Assembly: GCF_009914755.1 (NCBI RefSeq)
Contig: NC_060948.1
Length of the DNA stretch: 64,000 nucleotides
Source: the human T2T-CHM13v2.0 reference genome, Homo sapiens
Direction: 5' to 3' (one strand)
The notes beneath the pieces are model-generated. The model made no database searches, had not been told where the DNA came from, and saw only the letters and a program-made list of their open reading frames with translations. Shown here piece by piece: positions 25,201-39,400 of the stretch (the first letter of the stretch is position 1; each line of letters begins with the position of its first letter). The position numbers and the translations under genes are program-made.

Positions 25201-28200
25201 AGGCCTGGAATAAAGTGGAATGCTACGGTCTCGAATGGAATAAAAATGTATGGAATGGAATGCAATGAAACGGAATCGAATGTCATAGAATGTAATGGAA
25301 TGCAACAAAATGGAATCCAAAATCATTGACTGGAAAGGCTGGGTGTCGAAAGGAATTGACTCCAATGGAATGGAATCGAATGGAATGGAAGTGAATAGAA
25401 TCGAACTAAATCGAATGGAATGGAATTGATAGGAACGGAATGGAAAGGAATGCAATGATTTGGCATGGAATGGAATCGAATGGCATCGAATGGAATGGAA
25501 TGGAATGCAATGGAATGGAATGTATTAGAATGTAATGAACTTTAATGGAATGTACTCAAATGGATTCGACTGGAATGGAATGTTCTGGAAGTGAATGGAC
25601 TACAATGGAATGGATTCAAAAGGAATGGAATCGTACGGAATGGAATCTAATGGAATGGAATTAAATGGAAATGAATCAAATTGAATAGCACGGAATTGAA
25701 TTGAATGGAATGGAATGCAATGGAATCTAATGAAACGGAAAGGAAAGGAATGGAATGGAATGGAATGGAATGGGCTGGAATGGAAAGGAATCGAAACGAA
25801 TGGAATGGAATCGAACTGAAGAGACTGGAATGGAATGCACTGGAATGGAAGGGAGTGTAATGGAAGGTTCTCGAAAAAAATGGAATCGAATGGAATGGAA
25901 TTGAATGGAACGGAATAGAGTCGAATGGAATTGAATGGAATGGAATGGACTAGAGTGAAATGGAATCGAACCACAAGGAATGGAGAGGAATAGAATGGTC
26001 TCGAATTGAATGGAATCGTATGGAATGGCATCAAACGGAATGGAATGGACAGCCACGGAATGGAATGCACTCGAATGCAATGGAGTCGAAACTAATGGAC
26101 TGGAATAGAATGGACTCGACTGGTACGGACTCCAATGGAATGGAATCGAATGGAAGGGAATCGAACGGAATGGACTCGAAGGGAAAAGACTGCAATGGAA
26201 AGGTCTCGAATGGAATGGAAATTAATGGCATGGAATGGAATCGAATGAAATGGAGTCAAAAGGAATGGAATCGAATGGCAAGAAATCGAATGTAATGGAA
26301 TCGCAAGGAATTGATGTGAACGGAACGGAATGGAATGGAATCCAAAGGAATGGAATAGAATGGAATGGAATCGAATGGAAAGGACTCGAATGGAAATCAC
26401 TCGAATAGAATGCAATTTAATAAAATAGGATCAAATGTAATGGAATGGAATGGAAAGGAATCAAAACGAAAGGAATGGAGTCAGATGGAATGGAATGGAA
26501 CAGAGAGCAATGGTATAGAATGGAATGGAATCATCTGGAATGGAATTGAATGGAATGGAATAATATGAAATGGAATGGAATGGAATGGAATGTCCTTGAA
26601 TTAAATGGACTGGAATGGAATGGACTCGAACAGAGTGGAATGGAAAGTGTTGAGATAGAATGGAATGGACTCCTTTGGAATGGTCTAGTATGCAATGCAA
26701 TCGACTGGCAGGGAATCAAAAGGAATGTAATGGAATGGATTGGACTGGAATGCAATGGACTCGAATAGATTGGAAACGGAATGTAAAGGAATGGAATGGA
26801 ATAGTATGGAATGGAATGGAAAGGAATGGAGTGGAATAGACTAGAGTGGAATGGAATGGACTCGAAAGCAATGGACTGGAATGGAACTTTCTTGAATGGA
26901 CTGGAATCAAACGGAATGGAATGCAATGCAATCAAATGGCATGGAATAAAATAGAATGAAAGAGAATCAAATGGAATTGAATCGAATGGAATCGAATGGA
27001 TTGGAAAGGAATAGAATGGAATGGAATGGAATTGACTCAAATGGAATGGACTAGAATGGAATGGATTCGAATGGAAGGCAAAGGAATGGAATCTATTGGA
27101 ATGGACTTTAATGGAATGGAATGGAAGGGATTGGAATGGACTCGAATGGAATGGACTGCAATAGAAAGGATTCGAATGGAATGAAAAAGAATTGAATGGA
27201 AGAGAACAGAATGGAATCAAATCGAATGAAATGGAATGGAATAGAAAGGAATGGAATGAAATGGAATGGAAAGGATTCGAATGGAATGCAATCGAATGGA
27301 ATGGAATCGAACGGAATGGAATAAAATGGAAGAAAACTGGCAAGAAATGGAATCGAAATGAATGGAGTGTTATGGAACGGACTCAAAAGGAATTGAATGT
27401 AATAGAATGGAGTGGAGTGGACTCGAATATAATGGACTGGAATGGAATGAAATCACATGGAATGGGAACGAATGGAATGGAATGGAATGGAAGGGAATGA
27501 AATTGAATCAACAGGAATGGAAGGGAATAGAATAGACGGTAATGGAATGGACTCGAATAGAATGGACACGAATGCTCAAATTGAATGGACTCGAATGGAA
27601 TGGAAAAGAAAGGAATGTCACCGAATGGAATTGAATCGATTGAAATGAAATCGCATAGAATGGAGTGGAATCAAATGGAATTGAATCGAAAGGAAAGGAA
27701 GCGAATGGACTGAAATGAAATGGAATGGAATTGAATGGAAAGTAATGCAATGGAATAAAATGGAACGAAATTTCACGGAATGGAATCAAACTGAATGGAA
27801 TCAAATCAATGGAATATAATCAAATGGAATGGAAAGGAATAGAATGGAGTAGATTGGATTGGATGGGATTGGAATGAAATGGAATGGAAAGGACTCGAAT
27901 TTCAGGAAACAGAAGGGAATGAATTGGAACGGAATGGACTCGAATGGAATGGAATGTCATGGAATGGCATCAAATGGAATGGCATCAAATGGAATGGAAT
28001 CGAATGCACTGGAATGCTATGGAATGGAATGGAATGCATTGGAATGGAATGTCCTCTAATGGAATGGATTCGAGTGGAATGGAATCGAATATAATGGAGT
28101 CGAATGAAATGGAATTGAAATGAATGGGATCGAATACAATGGAATATACTGGAATGAAACGTAATGAACTCGAATGTAATTGACTGGAATGGGATGTACA

Positions 28201-28724
28201 TGAATGGAATGTAATCGAATGGAAAGTAATCCAATGGAATAGAATCCAATGCAATAAAATCGACTCAAATAGAATAGAATGTAATAGAATGGAGTGCAGT
28301 GCAATGGAATGGAATGGAATGGAAAGCAATGGAATGGAATGGAATGGCATGGAATAGAATGGGACGGAATGGTATGGAATGGATAGTAATGGACTGGAGT
28401 GAAATGGGCTGGAAAGCAATGGACTCAATTTGAAAGCGCTCGAAACGAATGGAGTCAAATGGAATGGTCCGGAATGGAATGAACACGAATGTAATGCAAT
28501 CCAATAGAATTGAATCGAATGGCATGGAATATAAAGAAATGGAATCGAAGAGAATGGAAACAAATGGAATGGAATTGAATGGAATGGAATTGAATGGAAT
28601 GGGAACGAATGGAGTGAAATTGTATGCAGCAGAAGAGTATAGAATGGAATGCAAGCAAAAGGAAAGGAATGGATTGGAATGGAATGGAATTCATTGGAAT
28701 GGAAGGGAATGTAGTGTAATGGAC
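25201..28724 (+). repeat. DYZ1 unit U7 (3524 bp, variant related to U4)
   Basis: AGGCCT at 25201 and 28725; the same 30-bp deletion as U4, near 27487. Confidence 0.9.
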
Positions 28725-31700
28725 AGGCCTGGAATAAAGTGGAATGCTACGGTCTCGAATGGAATAAAAATGTATGGAATGGAACGCAATGAAACGGAAT
28801 CGAATGTCATAGAATGTAATGGAATGCAACAAAATGGAATCCAAATCATTGACTGGAAAGGCTGGGTGTCGAAAGGAATTGACTACAATGGAATGGAATC
28901 GAATGGAATGGAAGTGAGTAGAATCGAACTAAATCGAATGGAATGGAATTGATAGGAACGGAATGGAAAGGAATGCAATGATTTGGCATGGAAAGGAATC
29001 GAATGGCATCGAATGGAATGGAATGGAATGCAATGGAATGCAATGTATTAGAGTGAAATGAACTTTAATGGAATGTACTCGAATGGATTCGACTGGAATC
29101 GAATGTTCTGGAAGTGAATGGACTCCAATGGAATGGATTCGAAAGGAATGGAATCGAACGGAATGGAATCTAATGGACTGGAATTAAATGGAAACGAATC
29201 AAATTGAATAGCACGGAATTGAATTGAATGGAATCGAATGCAATGGAATCTAATGAAACGGAAAGGAAAGGAATGGAATGGAATGGGCTGGAATGGAATG
29301 GAATCGAAACGAATGGAATGGAATCGAACTGAAGAGACTGGAATGGAATGCACTGGAATGGAAGGGAGTGTAATGGAAGGTTCTCGAAAACAATGGAATC
29401 GAATGGAATGGAATTGAATGGAACGGAATAGAGTCGAATGGAATTGAATGGAATGGAATGGACTAGAGTGAAATGGAATCGAACCACAAGGAATGGACAG
29501 GAATAGAATGGTCTCGAATTGAATGGAATCGTATGGAATGGCATCAAACGGAATGGAATGGACAGCCACGGAATGGAATGCACTCGAATGCAATGGAGTC
29601 GAAACTAATGGACTGGAATAGAATGGACTCGACTGGTACGGACTCCAATGGAATGGAATCGAATGGAAGGGAATCGAACGGAATGGACTCGAAGGGAAAA
29701 GACTGCAATGGGAAGGTCTCGAATGGAATGGAAATTAATGGAGTGGAATGGAATGGAATCGAATGAAATGGAGTCAAAAGGAATGGAATCGAATGGCAAG
29801 AAATCGAATGTAATGGAAGCGCAAGGAATTGATGTGAACGGAACGGAATGGTATGGAATCCAAAGGAATGGAATAGAATGGAATGGAATCGAATGGAAAG
29901 GACTCGAATGGAAATCACTCGAATAGAATTCAATTTAATAAAACAGGATCAAATGTAATGGAATGGAATGGAAAGGAATCGAAACGAAAGGAATGGAGAC
30001 AGATGGAATGGAATGGAACAGAGAGCAATGGTATAGAATGGAATGGAATCATCTGGAATGGAATTGAATGGAATGGAATAATATGAAATGGAATGGAATG
30101 GAATGGAATGCCCTTGAATTAAATGGACTGGAATGGAATGGACTCGAACAGAGTGGAATGGAAAGTGTTGAAATAGAATGGAATGGACTCCTTTGGAATG
30201 GTGTAGTATGCAATGCAATCGACTGGCAGGGAATCAAAAGGAATGTAATCGAATGGATTGGACTGGAATGCAATGGACTCGAATAGATTGGAAACGGAAT
30301 GCAAAGGAATGGAATGGAATAGTATGGAATGGAATGGAAAGGAATGGAGTGGAATAGACTAGAGTGGAAAGGAATGGACTGGAAAGCAATGGACTGGAAT
30401 GGAACTTTCTTGAATGGACTGGAATCAAACGGAATGGAATGCAATGCAATCAAATGGCATGCAATAAAATAGAATGAAAGAGAATCAAATGGAATTGAAT
30501 CGAATGTAATCGAATGGATTGGAAAGGAATAGAATGGAATGGAATGGAATTGACTCAAATGGAATGGACTAGAATGGAATGGATTCGAATGGAAGGCAAA
30601 GGAATGGAATCTATTGGAATGGACTGTAATGGAATGGAATGGAAGAGATTGGAACGGACTCGAATGGAATGGACTGCAATAGAAAGGATTAGAAAGGAAT
30701 GAAAAAGAATTGAATGGAATAGAACAGAATGGAATCAAATCGAATGAAATGGAATGGAATAGAAAGGAATGGAATGAAATGGAATGGAAAGGATTCGAAT
30801 GGAATGCAATCGAATGGAATGCAATCGAACGGAATGGAATCGAACGGAATGGAATAAAATGGAAGAAAACTGGTAAGAAAAGGAATCGAAATGAATGGAG
30901 TGGTATGGAACGGATTCAAAAGGAATTGAATGTAATAGAATGGAGTGGAGTGGACTCGAATATAATGGACTGGAATGGAATGAAATCACATGGAATGGGA
31001 ACGAATGGAATGGAATGGAAAGGAATGGAATCGAATGGAAAGGAATCGAATGGAAGGGAATGAAATTGAATCAGCAGGAATGGAAGGGAGTAGAATAGAC
31101 GGAAATGGAATGGACTCGAAGAGAATGGACACGAATGCTCAAATTGAATGGACTCGAATGGAATGGAAAAGAAAGGAATGTCATCGAATGGAATTGAATC
31201 GATTGGAATGAAATCGCATGGAATGGAGTGGAATCAAATGGATTTGAATCGAAAGGAAAGGAAGCGAATGGACTGAAATGAAATGGAATGGAATTGAATG
31301 GAAAGTAATGCAATGGAATAGAATGGAACGAAATTTCACGGAATGGAATCAAACTGAATGGAATCAAATTAATGGAATATAATCAAATGGAATGGAAAGG
31401 AATTGAATGGAGTAGATTGGATTGGATGGGATTGGAATGAAATGTACTGGAAAGGACTCGCATTTCATGAAACGGAATGGAATGAATTGGAACGGAATGG
31501 ACTCGAATGGAATGGAATGTCATGGAATGGAATCAACTGGAATGGCATTAAATGGAATGGAATCGAATGCAATGGAATGCTATGCAATGGAATGGAATGC
31601 ATTGGAATGGAATGTCCTCTAATGGAATGGATTCGAGTGGAATGGAATCGAATATAATGGAGTCGAATGAAATGGAATTGAAAGGAATGGGATCGAATAC

Positions 31701-32292
31701 AATGGAATATAGTGGAATGTAACGTAATGAACTCGAATGTAATTGACTGAAATGGAATGTACATGAATGGAATGTAATCGAAAGGAAAGTAATCCAGTGC
31801 AATAGAATCTAATGCAATAAAATCGACTCAAATAGAATAGAATGTAATGGAATGGAGTACAGTGCAATGGAATGGAATGGAATGGATTGGAATGCAACGG
31901 AATGGAACGGAATAGAATGGAATAGAATGGGATGGAATGGTATGGAATGGATAGTAATGGACTGGAGTGAAATGGACTGGAAAGCAATGGACTCAAATTG
32001 AAAGCGCTCGAAACGAATGGAGTGAAATGGAATGGTCTGGAATCGAGTGAACACGAATGTAATGCAATCCAATAGAATGGAATCGAATGGCATGGAATAT
32101 AAAGAAATGGAATCGAAGAGAATGGAAACAGATGGAATGGAATTTAATGGAATGGAATTGAATGGAATGGGAACGAATGGAGTGAAATTGTATGCAGTAG
32201 AAGAGAATAGAATGGAATGCAAGCGAAAGGAAAGGAATGGATTGGAATGGAATGGAATTCATCGGAATGGAAGGGAATGTAGTGTAATGGAC
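28725..32292 (+). repeat. DYZ1 unit U8 (3568 bp, diverged)
   Basis: AGGCCT at 28725 and 32293; many private substitutions; 15-bp insertion near 30820. Confidence 0.9.
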
Positions 32293-35200
32293 AGGCCTGG
32301 AATAAAGTGGAATGCTACGGTCTCGAAAGGAATAAAAATGTATGGAATGGAATGCAATGAAACGGAATCGAATGTCATAGAATGTAATGGAATGCAAAAA
32401 AATGGAATCCAGAATCATTGACTGGAAAGGCTGGGTGTCGAAAGGAATTGACTCCAATGGAATGGAATCGAATGGAATGGAAGTGAGTAGAATCAAACTA
32501 AATCGAATGGAATGGAATTGATAGGAACGGAATGGAAAGGAATGCAATGATTTGGCATGGAATGGAATCGAATGGCATCGAATGGAATGGAATGGAATGC
32601 AATGGAATGGAATGTATTAGAATGTAATGAACTTTAATGGAATGTACTCGAATGGATTCGACTGGAATGGAATGTTCTGGAAGTGAATGGACGCCAAAGG
32701 AATGGATTCGAAAGGAATGGAATCGAACGGAATGGAATCTAATGGAATGGAATTAAATGGAAATGAATCAAATTGAATAGCACGGAATTGAATTGAATGG
32801 AATCGAATGCAATGGAATCTAATGAAACGGAAAGGAAAGGAATGGAATTGAATGGAATGGGCTGGAATGGAAAGGAATCGAAACGAATGGAATGGAATCG
32901 AACTGAAGAGACTGGAATGGAATGCACTGGAATGAAAGGGAGTGTAATGGAAAGCTCTCGAAAAAAACGGAATCGAATGGATTGGAATTGAATGGAACGG
33001 AACAGAGTCGAATGGAATTCAATGGAATGGAATGGACTAGAGTGAAATGGAATCGAACCACAAGGAATGGAAAGGAATAGAATGGTATCGAATTGAATGG
33101 AATCGTATGGAATGGTATCAAACGGAATGGAATGGACAGCCACGGAATGGAATGCATTCGAATGCAATGGAGTCGAAGCTAATGGACTGGAATAGAATGG
33201 ACTCGACTGGTACGGACTCCAATGGAATGGAATCGAATGGAAGGGAATCGAACGGAATGGACTCGAAGGGAAAAGACTGCAATGGAAAGGTCTCGAATGG
33301 AATGGAAATTAATGGAATGGAATGGAATCGAATGAAATGGAGTCAAAAGGAATGGAATCGAATGCAAGAAATCGAATGTAATGGAATCGCAAGGAATTGA
33401 TGTGAACGGAACGGAATGGAATGGAATCCAAAGGAATGGAATAGAATGGAATGGAATCGAATGGAAAGGACTCGAATGGAAATCACTCGAATAGAATGCA
33501 ATTTAATAAAATAGGATCAAATGTAATGGAATGGAATGGAAAGGAATCGAAACGAAAGGAATGGAGACAGATGGAATGGAATGGAACAGAGAGCAATGGT
33601 ATAGAATGGAATGGAATCATCTGGAATGGAATTGAATGGAATGGAATGGGATGGAATGGTATGGAATGGATAGTAATGGACTGGAGTGAAATGGACTGGA
33701 AAGGAATGGACTCAAATTGAAAGGGCTCGAAAGGAATGGAGTCAAATGGAATGGTCTGGAATGGAATGAACACGAATGTAATGCAATCCAATAGAATGGA
33801 ATCGAATGGCATGGAATATAAAGAAATGGAATCGAAGAGAATGGAAACAAATGGAAAGGAATTGAATGGAATGGAATTGAATGGAATGGGAAGGAATGGA
33901 GTGAAATTGTATGCAGTAGAAGAGAATAGAATGGAATGCAAGCGAAAGGAAAGGAATGGGTTGGAATGGAATGGATTTCATTGGAATGGAAGGGAATGTA
34001 GTGTAATGGACAGGCCTGGAATAAAGTGGAATGCTACGGTCTCGAATGGAATAAAAATGTATGGAATGGTATGCAATGAAACGGAATCGAATGTCATAGA
34101 ATGTAATGGAATGCAAAAAAATGGAATCCAAAATCATTGACTGGAAAGTCTGGGTTTCGAAAGGAATTGACGCCAATGGAATGGAATCGAATGGAATGGA
34201 AGTGAATAGAATCGAACTAAATCGAATGGAATGGAATTGATAGGAACGGAATGGAAAGGAAAGCAATGATTTGGCATGGAATGGAATCGAATGGCATCGA
34301 ATGGAATGGAATAGAATGCAATGGAATGGAATGTATTAGAATGTAATGAACATTAATGGAATGTAATCGAATGGATTGGACTGGAATGCAATGGACTCGA
34401 ATAGATTGGAAACGGAATGCCAAGGAATGGAATGGAATAGTATGGAATGGAATGGAAAGGAATGGAGTGGAATAGACTAGAGTGGAATGGAATGGACTGG
34501 AAAGCAATGGACTGGAATGGAACTTTCTTGAATGGACTGGAATCAAACGGAATGGAATGCAATGCAATCAAATGGCATGGAATAAAATAGAATGAAAGAG
34601 AATCAAATGGAATTGAATCGAAGGGAATCGAATGGATTGGAAAGGAATAGAATGGAATGGAATGGAATTGACTCAAATGGAATGGACTAGAATGGAATGG
34701 ATTCGAATGGAAGGCAAAGGAATGGAATCTATTGGAATGGACTGTAATGGAATGGAATGGAAGGGATTGGAATGGACTCGAATGGAATGGACTGCAATAG
34801 AAAGGATTCGAATGGAATGAAAAAGAATTGAATGGAATAGAACAGAATGGAATCAAATCGAATGAAATGGAATGGAATAGAAAGGAATGGAATGAAATGG
34901 AATGGAAAGGATTCGAATGGAATGCAATCGAATGGAATGGAATCGAACGGAATGGAATAAAATGGAAGAAAACTGGCAAGAAATGGAATCGAAATGAATG
35001 GAGTGTTATGGAACGGACTCAAAAGGAATTGAATGTAATAGAATGGAGTGGAGTGGACTCGAATATAATGGACTGGAATGGAATGAAATCACATGGAATG
35101 GGAACGAATGGAATGGAATGGAAAGGAATGGAATCGAATGGAAAAGAATCGAATGGAAGGGAATGAAATTGAATCAACAGGAATGGAAGGGAATAGAATA

Positions 35201-36410
35201 GACGTTAATGGAATGGACTCGAATAGAATGGACACGAATGCTCAAATTGAATGGACTCGAATGGAATGGAAACGAAAGTAATGTCATCGAATGGAATTGA
35301 ATCGATTGGAATGAAATCGCATAGAATGGAGTGGAATCAAATGGAATTGAATCGAAAGCAAAGGAAGCGAATGGACTGAAATGAAATGGAATGGAATTGA
35401 ATGGAAAGTAATGCAATGGAATAGAATGGAACGAAATTTCACGGAATGGAATCAAACTGAATGGAATCAAATCAATGGAATATAATCAAATGGAATGGAA
35501 AGGAATTGAATGGAGTAGATTGGATTGGATGGGATTGGAATGAAATGTACTGGAAAGGACTCGAATTTCATGAAACGGAATGGAATGAATTGGAACGGAA
35601 TGGACTCGAATGGAATGGAATGTCATGGAATGGCATCAAATGGAATGACATCAAATGGAATGGAATCGAATGCAATGGAATGCTATGGAATGGAATGGAA
35701 TGCATTGGACTGGAATGTCCTCTAATGGAATGGATTCGAGTGGAATGGAATCGAATATAATGGAGTCGAATGAAATGGAATTGCAAGGAACGGGATCGAA
35801 TACAATGGAATATACCGGAATGTAATGTAATGAACTCGAATGTAATTGACTGGAATGGAATGTACATGAATGGAATGTAATCGAATGGAAAGTAATCCAA
35901 TGGAATAGAATCTAATGTAATAAAATCGACTCAGATACAGTAGAATATAATGGAATGGAGTGAAGTGCAATGGAATGGAACGGAATGGAATGCAATGGAA
36001 TGGAATGGAATGGAATGGAATGGAATGGAATGGAATGGAATGGAATGGGATGGAATGGTATGGAATGGATAGTAATGGACTGGAGTGAAATGGACTGGAA
36101 ATGAATGGACTCAAATTGAAAGGGCTCGAAAGGAATGGAGTCAAATGGAATGGTCTGGAATGGAATGAACACGAATGTAATGCAATCCAATAGAATGGAA
36201 TCGAATGGCATGGAATATAAAGAAATGGAATCGAAGAGAATGGAAACAAATGGAATGGAATTGAATGGAATGGAATTGAATGGAATGGGAACGAATGGAG
36301 TGAAATTGTATGCAGTGGAAAAGAATAGAATGGAATGCAAGCGAAAGGAAAGGAATGGATTGGAATGGAATGGAATTCATTGGAATGGAAGGTAATGTAG
36401 TGTAATGGAC
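32293..36410 (+). repeat. Rearranged DYZ1 interval (1719 + 2399 bp) with an ectopic 718-bp segment
   Basis: Extra AGGCCT at 34012; out-of-register junctions at ~33647/33648 and ~34358-34365. Confidence 0.88.
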
Positions 36411-39400
36411 AGGCCTGGAATAAAGTGGAATGCTACGGTCTCGAATGGAATAAAAATGTATGGAATGGAATGCAATGAAACGGAATCGAATGTCATAGAA
36501 TGTAATGGAATGCAAAAAAATGGAATCCAAAATCATTGACTGGAAAGGCTGGGTGTCGAAAGGAATTGACTCCAATGGAATGGAATCGAATGGAATGGAA
36601 GTGAATAGAATCGAACTAAATCGAATGGAATGGAATTGATAGGAACGGAATGGAAAGGAATGCAATGATTTGGCATGGAATGGAATCGAATGGCATCGAA
36701 TGGAATGGAATGGAATGGAATGTATTAGAATGTAATGAACTTTAATGGGATGTACTCGAATGGATTCGACTGGAATGGAATGTTCTGGAAGTGAATGGAC
36801 TCCAATGGAATGGATTCGAAAGGAATGGAATCGAACGGAATGGAATCTAATGGAATGGAATTAAATGGAAATGAATCAAATTGAATAGCACGGGATTGAA
36901 TTGAATGGAATCGAATGCAATGGAATCTAATGAAACGGAAAGGAAAGGAATGGAATGGAATGGAATGGGCTGGAATGGAAAGGAATCGAAACGAATGGAA
37001 TGGAATCGAACTGAAGAGACTGGAATGGAATGCACTGGAATGGAAGGGAGTGTAATGGAAGGTTCTCGACAAAAATGGAATCGAATGGAATGGAATTGAA
37101 TGGAACGGAATAGAGTGGAATGGAATTGAATGGAATGGAATGGACTAGAGTGAAATGGAATCGAACCACAAGGAATGGACAGGAATAGAATGGTCTCGAA
37201 TTGAATGGAATCGTATGGAATGGCATCAAACGGAATGGAATGGACAGCCACGGAATGGAATGCACTCGAATGCAATGGAGTCGAAACTAATGGACTGGAA
37301 TAGAATGGACTCGACTGGTACGGACTCCAATGGAATGGAATCGAATGGAAGGGAATCGAAAGGAATGGACTCGAAGGGAAAAGACTGCAATGGAAAGGTC
37401 TCGAATGGAATGGAAATTAATGGAATGGAATGGAATCGAATGAAATGGAGTCAAAAGGAATGGAATCGAATGGCAAGAAATCGAATGTAATGGAATCGCA
37501 AGGAATTGATGTGAACGGAACGGAATGGAATGGAATCCAAAGGAATGGAATAGAATGGAATGGAATCGAATGGAAAGGACTCGAATGGAAATCACTCGAA
37601 TAGAATGCAATTTAATAAAATAGGATCAAATGTAATGGAATGGAATGGAAAGGAATCGAAACGAAAGGAATGGAGACAGATGGAATGGAATGGAACAGAG
37701 AGCAATGGTATAGAATGGAATGGAATCATCTGGAATGGAATTGAATGGAATGGAATAATATGAAATGGAATGGAATGGAATGGAATGCCCTTGAATTAAA
37801 TGGACTGGAATGGAATGGACTCGATCAGAGTGGAATGGAAAGTGTTGAGATAGAATGGAATGGACTCCTTTGGAATGGTGTAGTATGCAATGCAATCGAC
37901 TGGCAGGGAATCAAAAGGAATGTAATCGAATGGATTGGACTGGAATGCAATGGACTCGAATAGATTGGAAACGGAATGCAAAGGAATGGAATGGAATAGT
38001 ATGGAATGGAATGGAAAGGAATGGAGTGGAATAGACTAGAGTGGAATGGAATGGACTCGAAAGCAATGGACTGGAATGGAACTTTCTTGAATGGACTGGA
38101 ATCAAACGGAATGGAATGCAATGCAATCAAATGGCATGGAATAAAATAGAATGAAAGAGAATCAAATGGAATTGAATCGAATGGAATCGAATGGATTGGA
38201 AAGGAATAGAATGGAATGGAATGGAATTGACTCAAATGGAATGGACTAGAATGGAATGGATTCGAATGGAAGGCAAAGGAATGGAATCTATTGGAATGGA
38301 CTGTAATGGAATGGAATGGAAGGGATTGGAATGGACTCGAATGGAATGGACTGCAATAGAAAGGATTCGAATGGAATGAAAAAGAATTGAATGGAATAGA
38401 ACAGAATGGAATCAAATCGAATGAAATGGAATGGAATAGAAAGGAATGGAATGAAATGGAATGGAAAGGATTCGAATGGAATGCAATCGAATGGAATGGA
38501 ATCGAACGGAATGGAATAAAATGGAAGAAAACTGGCAAGAAATGGAATCGAAATGAATGGAGTGTTATGGAACGGACTCAAAAGGAATTGAATGTAATAG
38601 AATGGAGTGGAGTGGACTCGAATATAATGGACTGGAATGGAATGAAATCACATGGAATGGGAACGAATGGAATGGAATGGAAAGGAATGGAATCGAATGG
38701 AAAGGAATCGAATGGAAGGGAATGAAATTGAATCAACAGGAATGGAAGGGAATAGAATAGACGGTAATGGAATGGACTCGAATAGAATGGACACGAATGC
38801 TCAAATTGAATGGACTCGAATGGAACGGAAACGAAAGGAATGTCATCGAATGGAATTGAATCGATTGGAATGAAATCGCATAGAATGGAGTGGAATCAAA
38901 TGGAATTGAATCGAAAGCAAAGGAAGCGAATGGACTGAAATGAAATGGAATGGAATTGAATGGAAAGTAATGCAATGGAATAGAATGGAACGAAATTTCA
39001 CGGAATGGAATCAAACTGAATGGAATCAAATCAATGGAATATAATCAAATGGAATGGAAAGGAATTGAATGGAGTAGATTGGATTGGATGGGATTGGAAT
39101 GAAATGTACTGGAAAGGACTCGAATTTCATGAAACGGAATGGAATGAATTGGAACGGAATGGACTCGAATGGAATGGAATGTCATGGAATGGCATCAAAT
39201 GGAATGACATCAAATGGAATGGAATCGAATGCAATGGAATGCTATGGAATGGAATGGAATGCATTGGACTGGAATGTCCTCTAATGGAATGGATTCGAGT
39301 GGAATGGAATCGAATATAATGGAGTCGAATGAAATGGAATTGAAAGGAACGGGATCGAATACAATGGAATATACCGGAATGTAATGTAATGAACTCGAAT

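Noticed and set aside
36092-36110. Idea that the GGAAATGAATGG variant pre-created the microhomology for the 700-bp deletion
   Set aside because: The extra match is one base out of phase, and the observed junction is explained by in-phase AATGGA alone.
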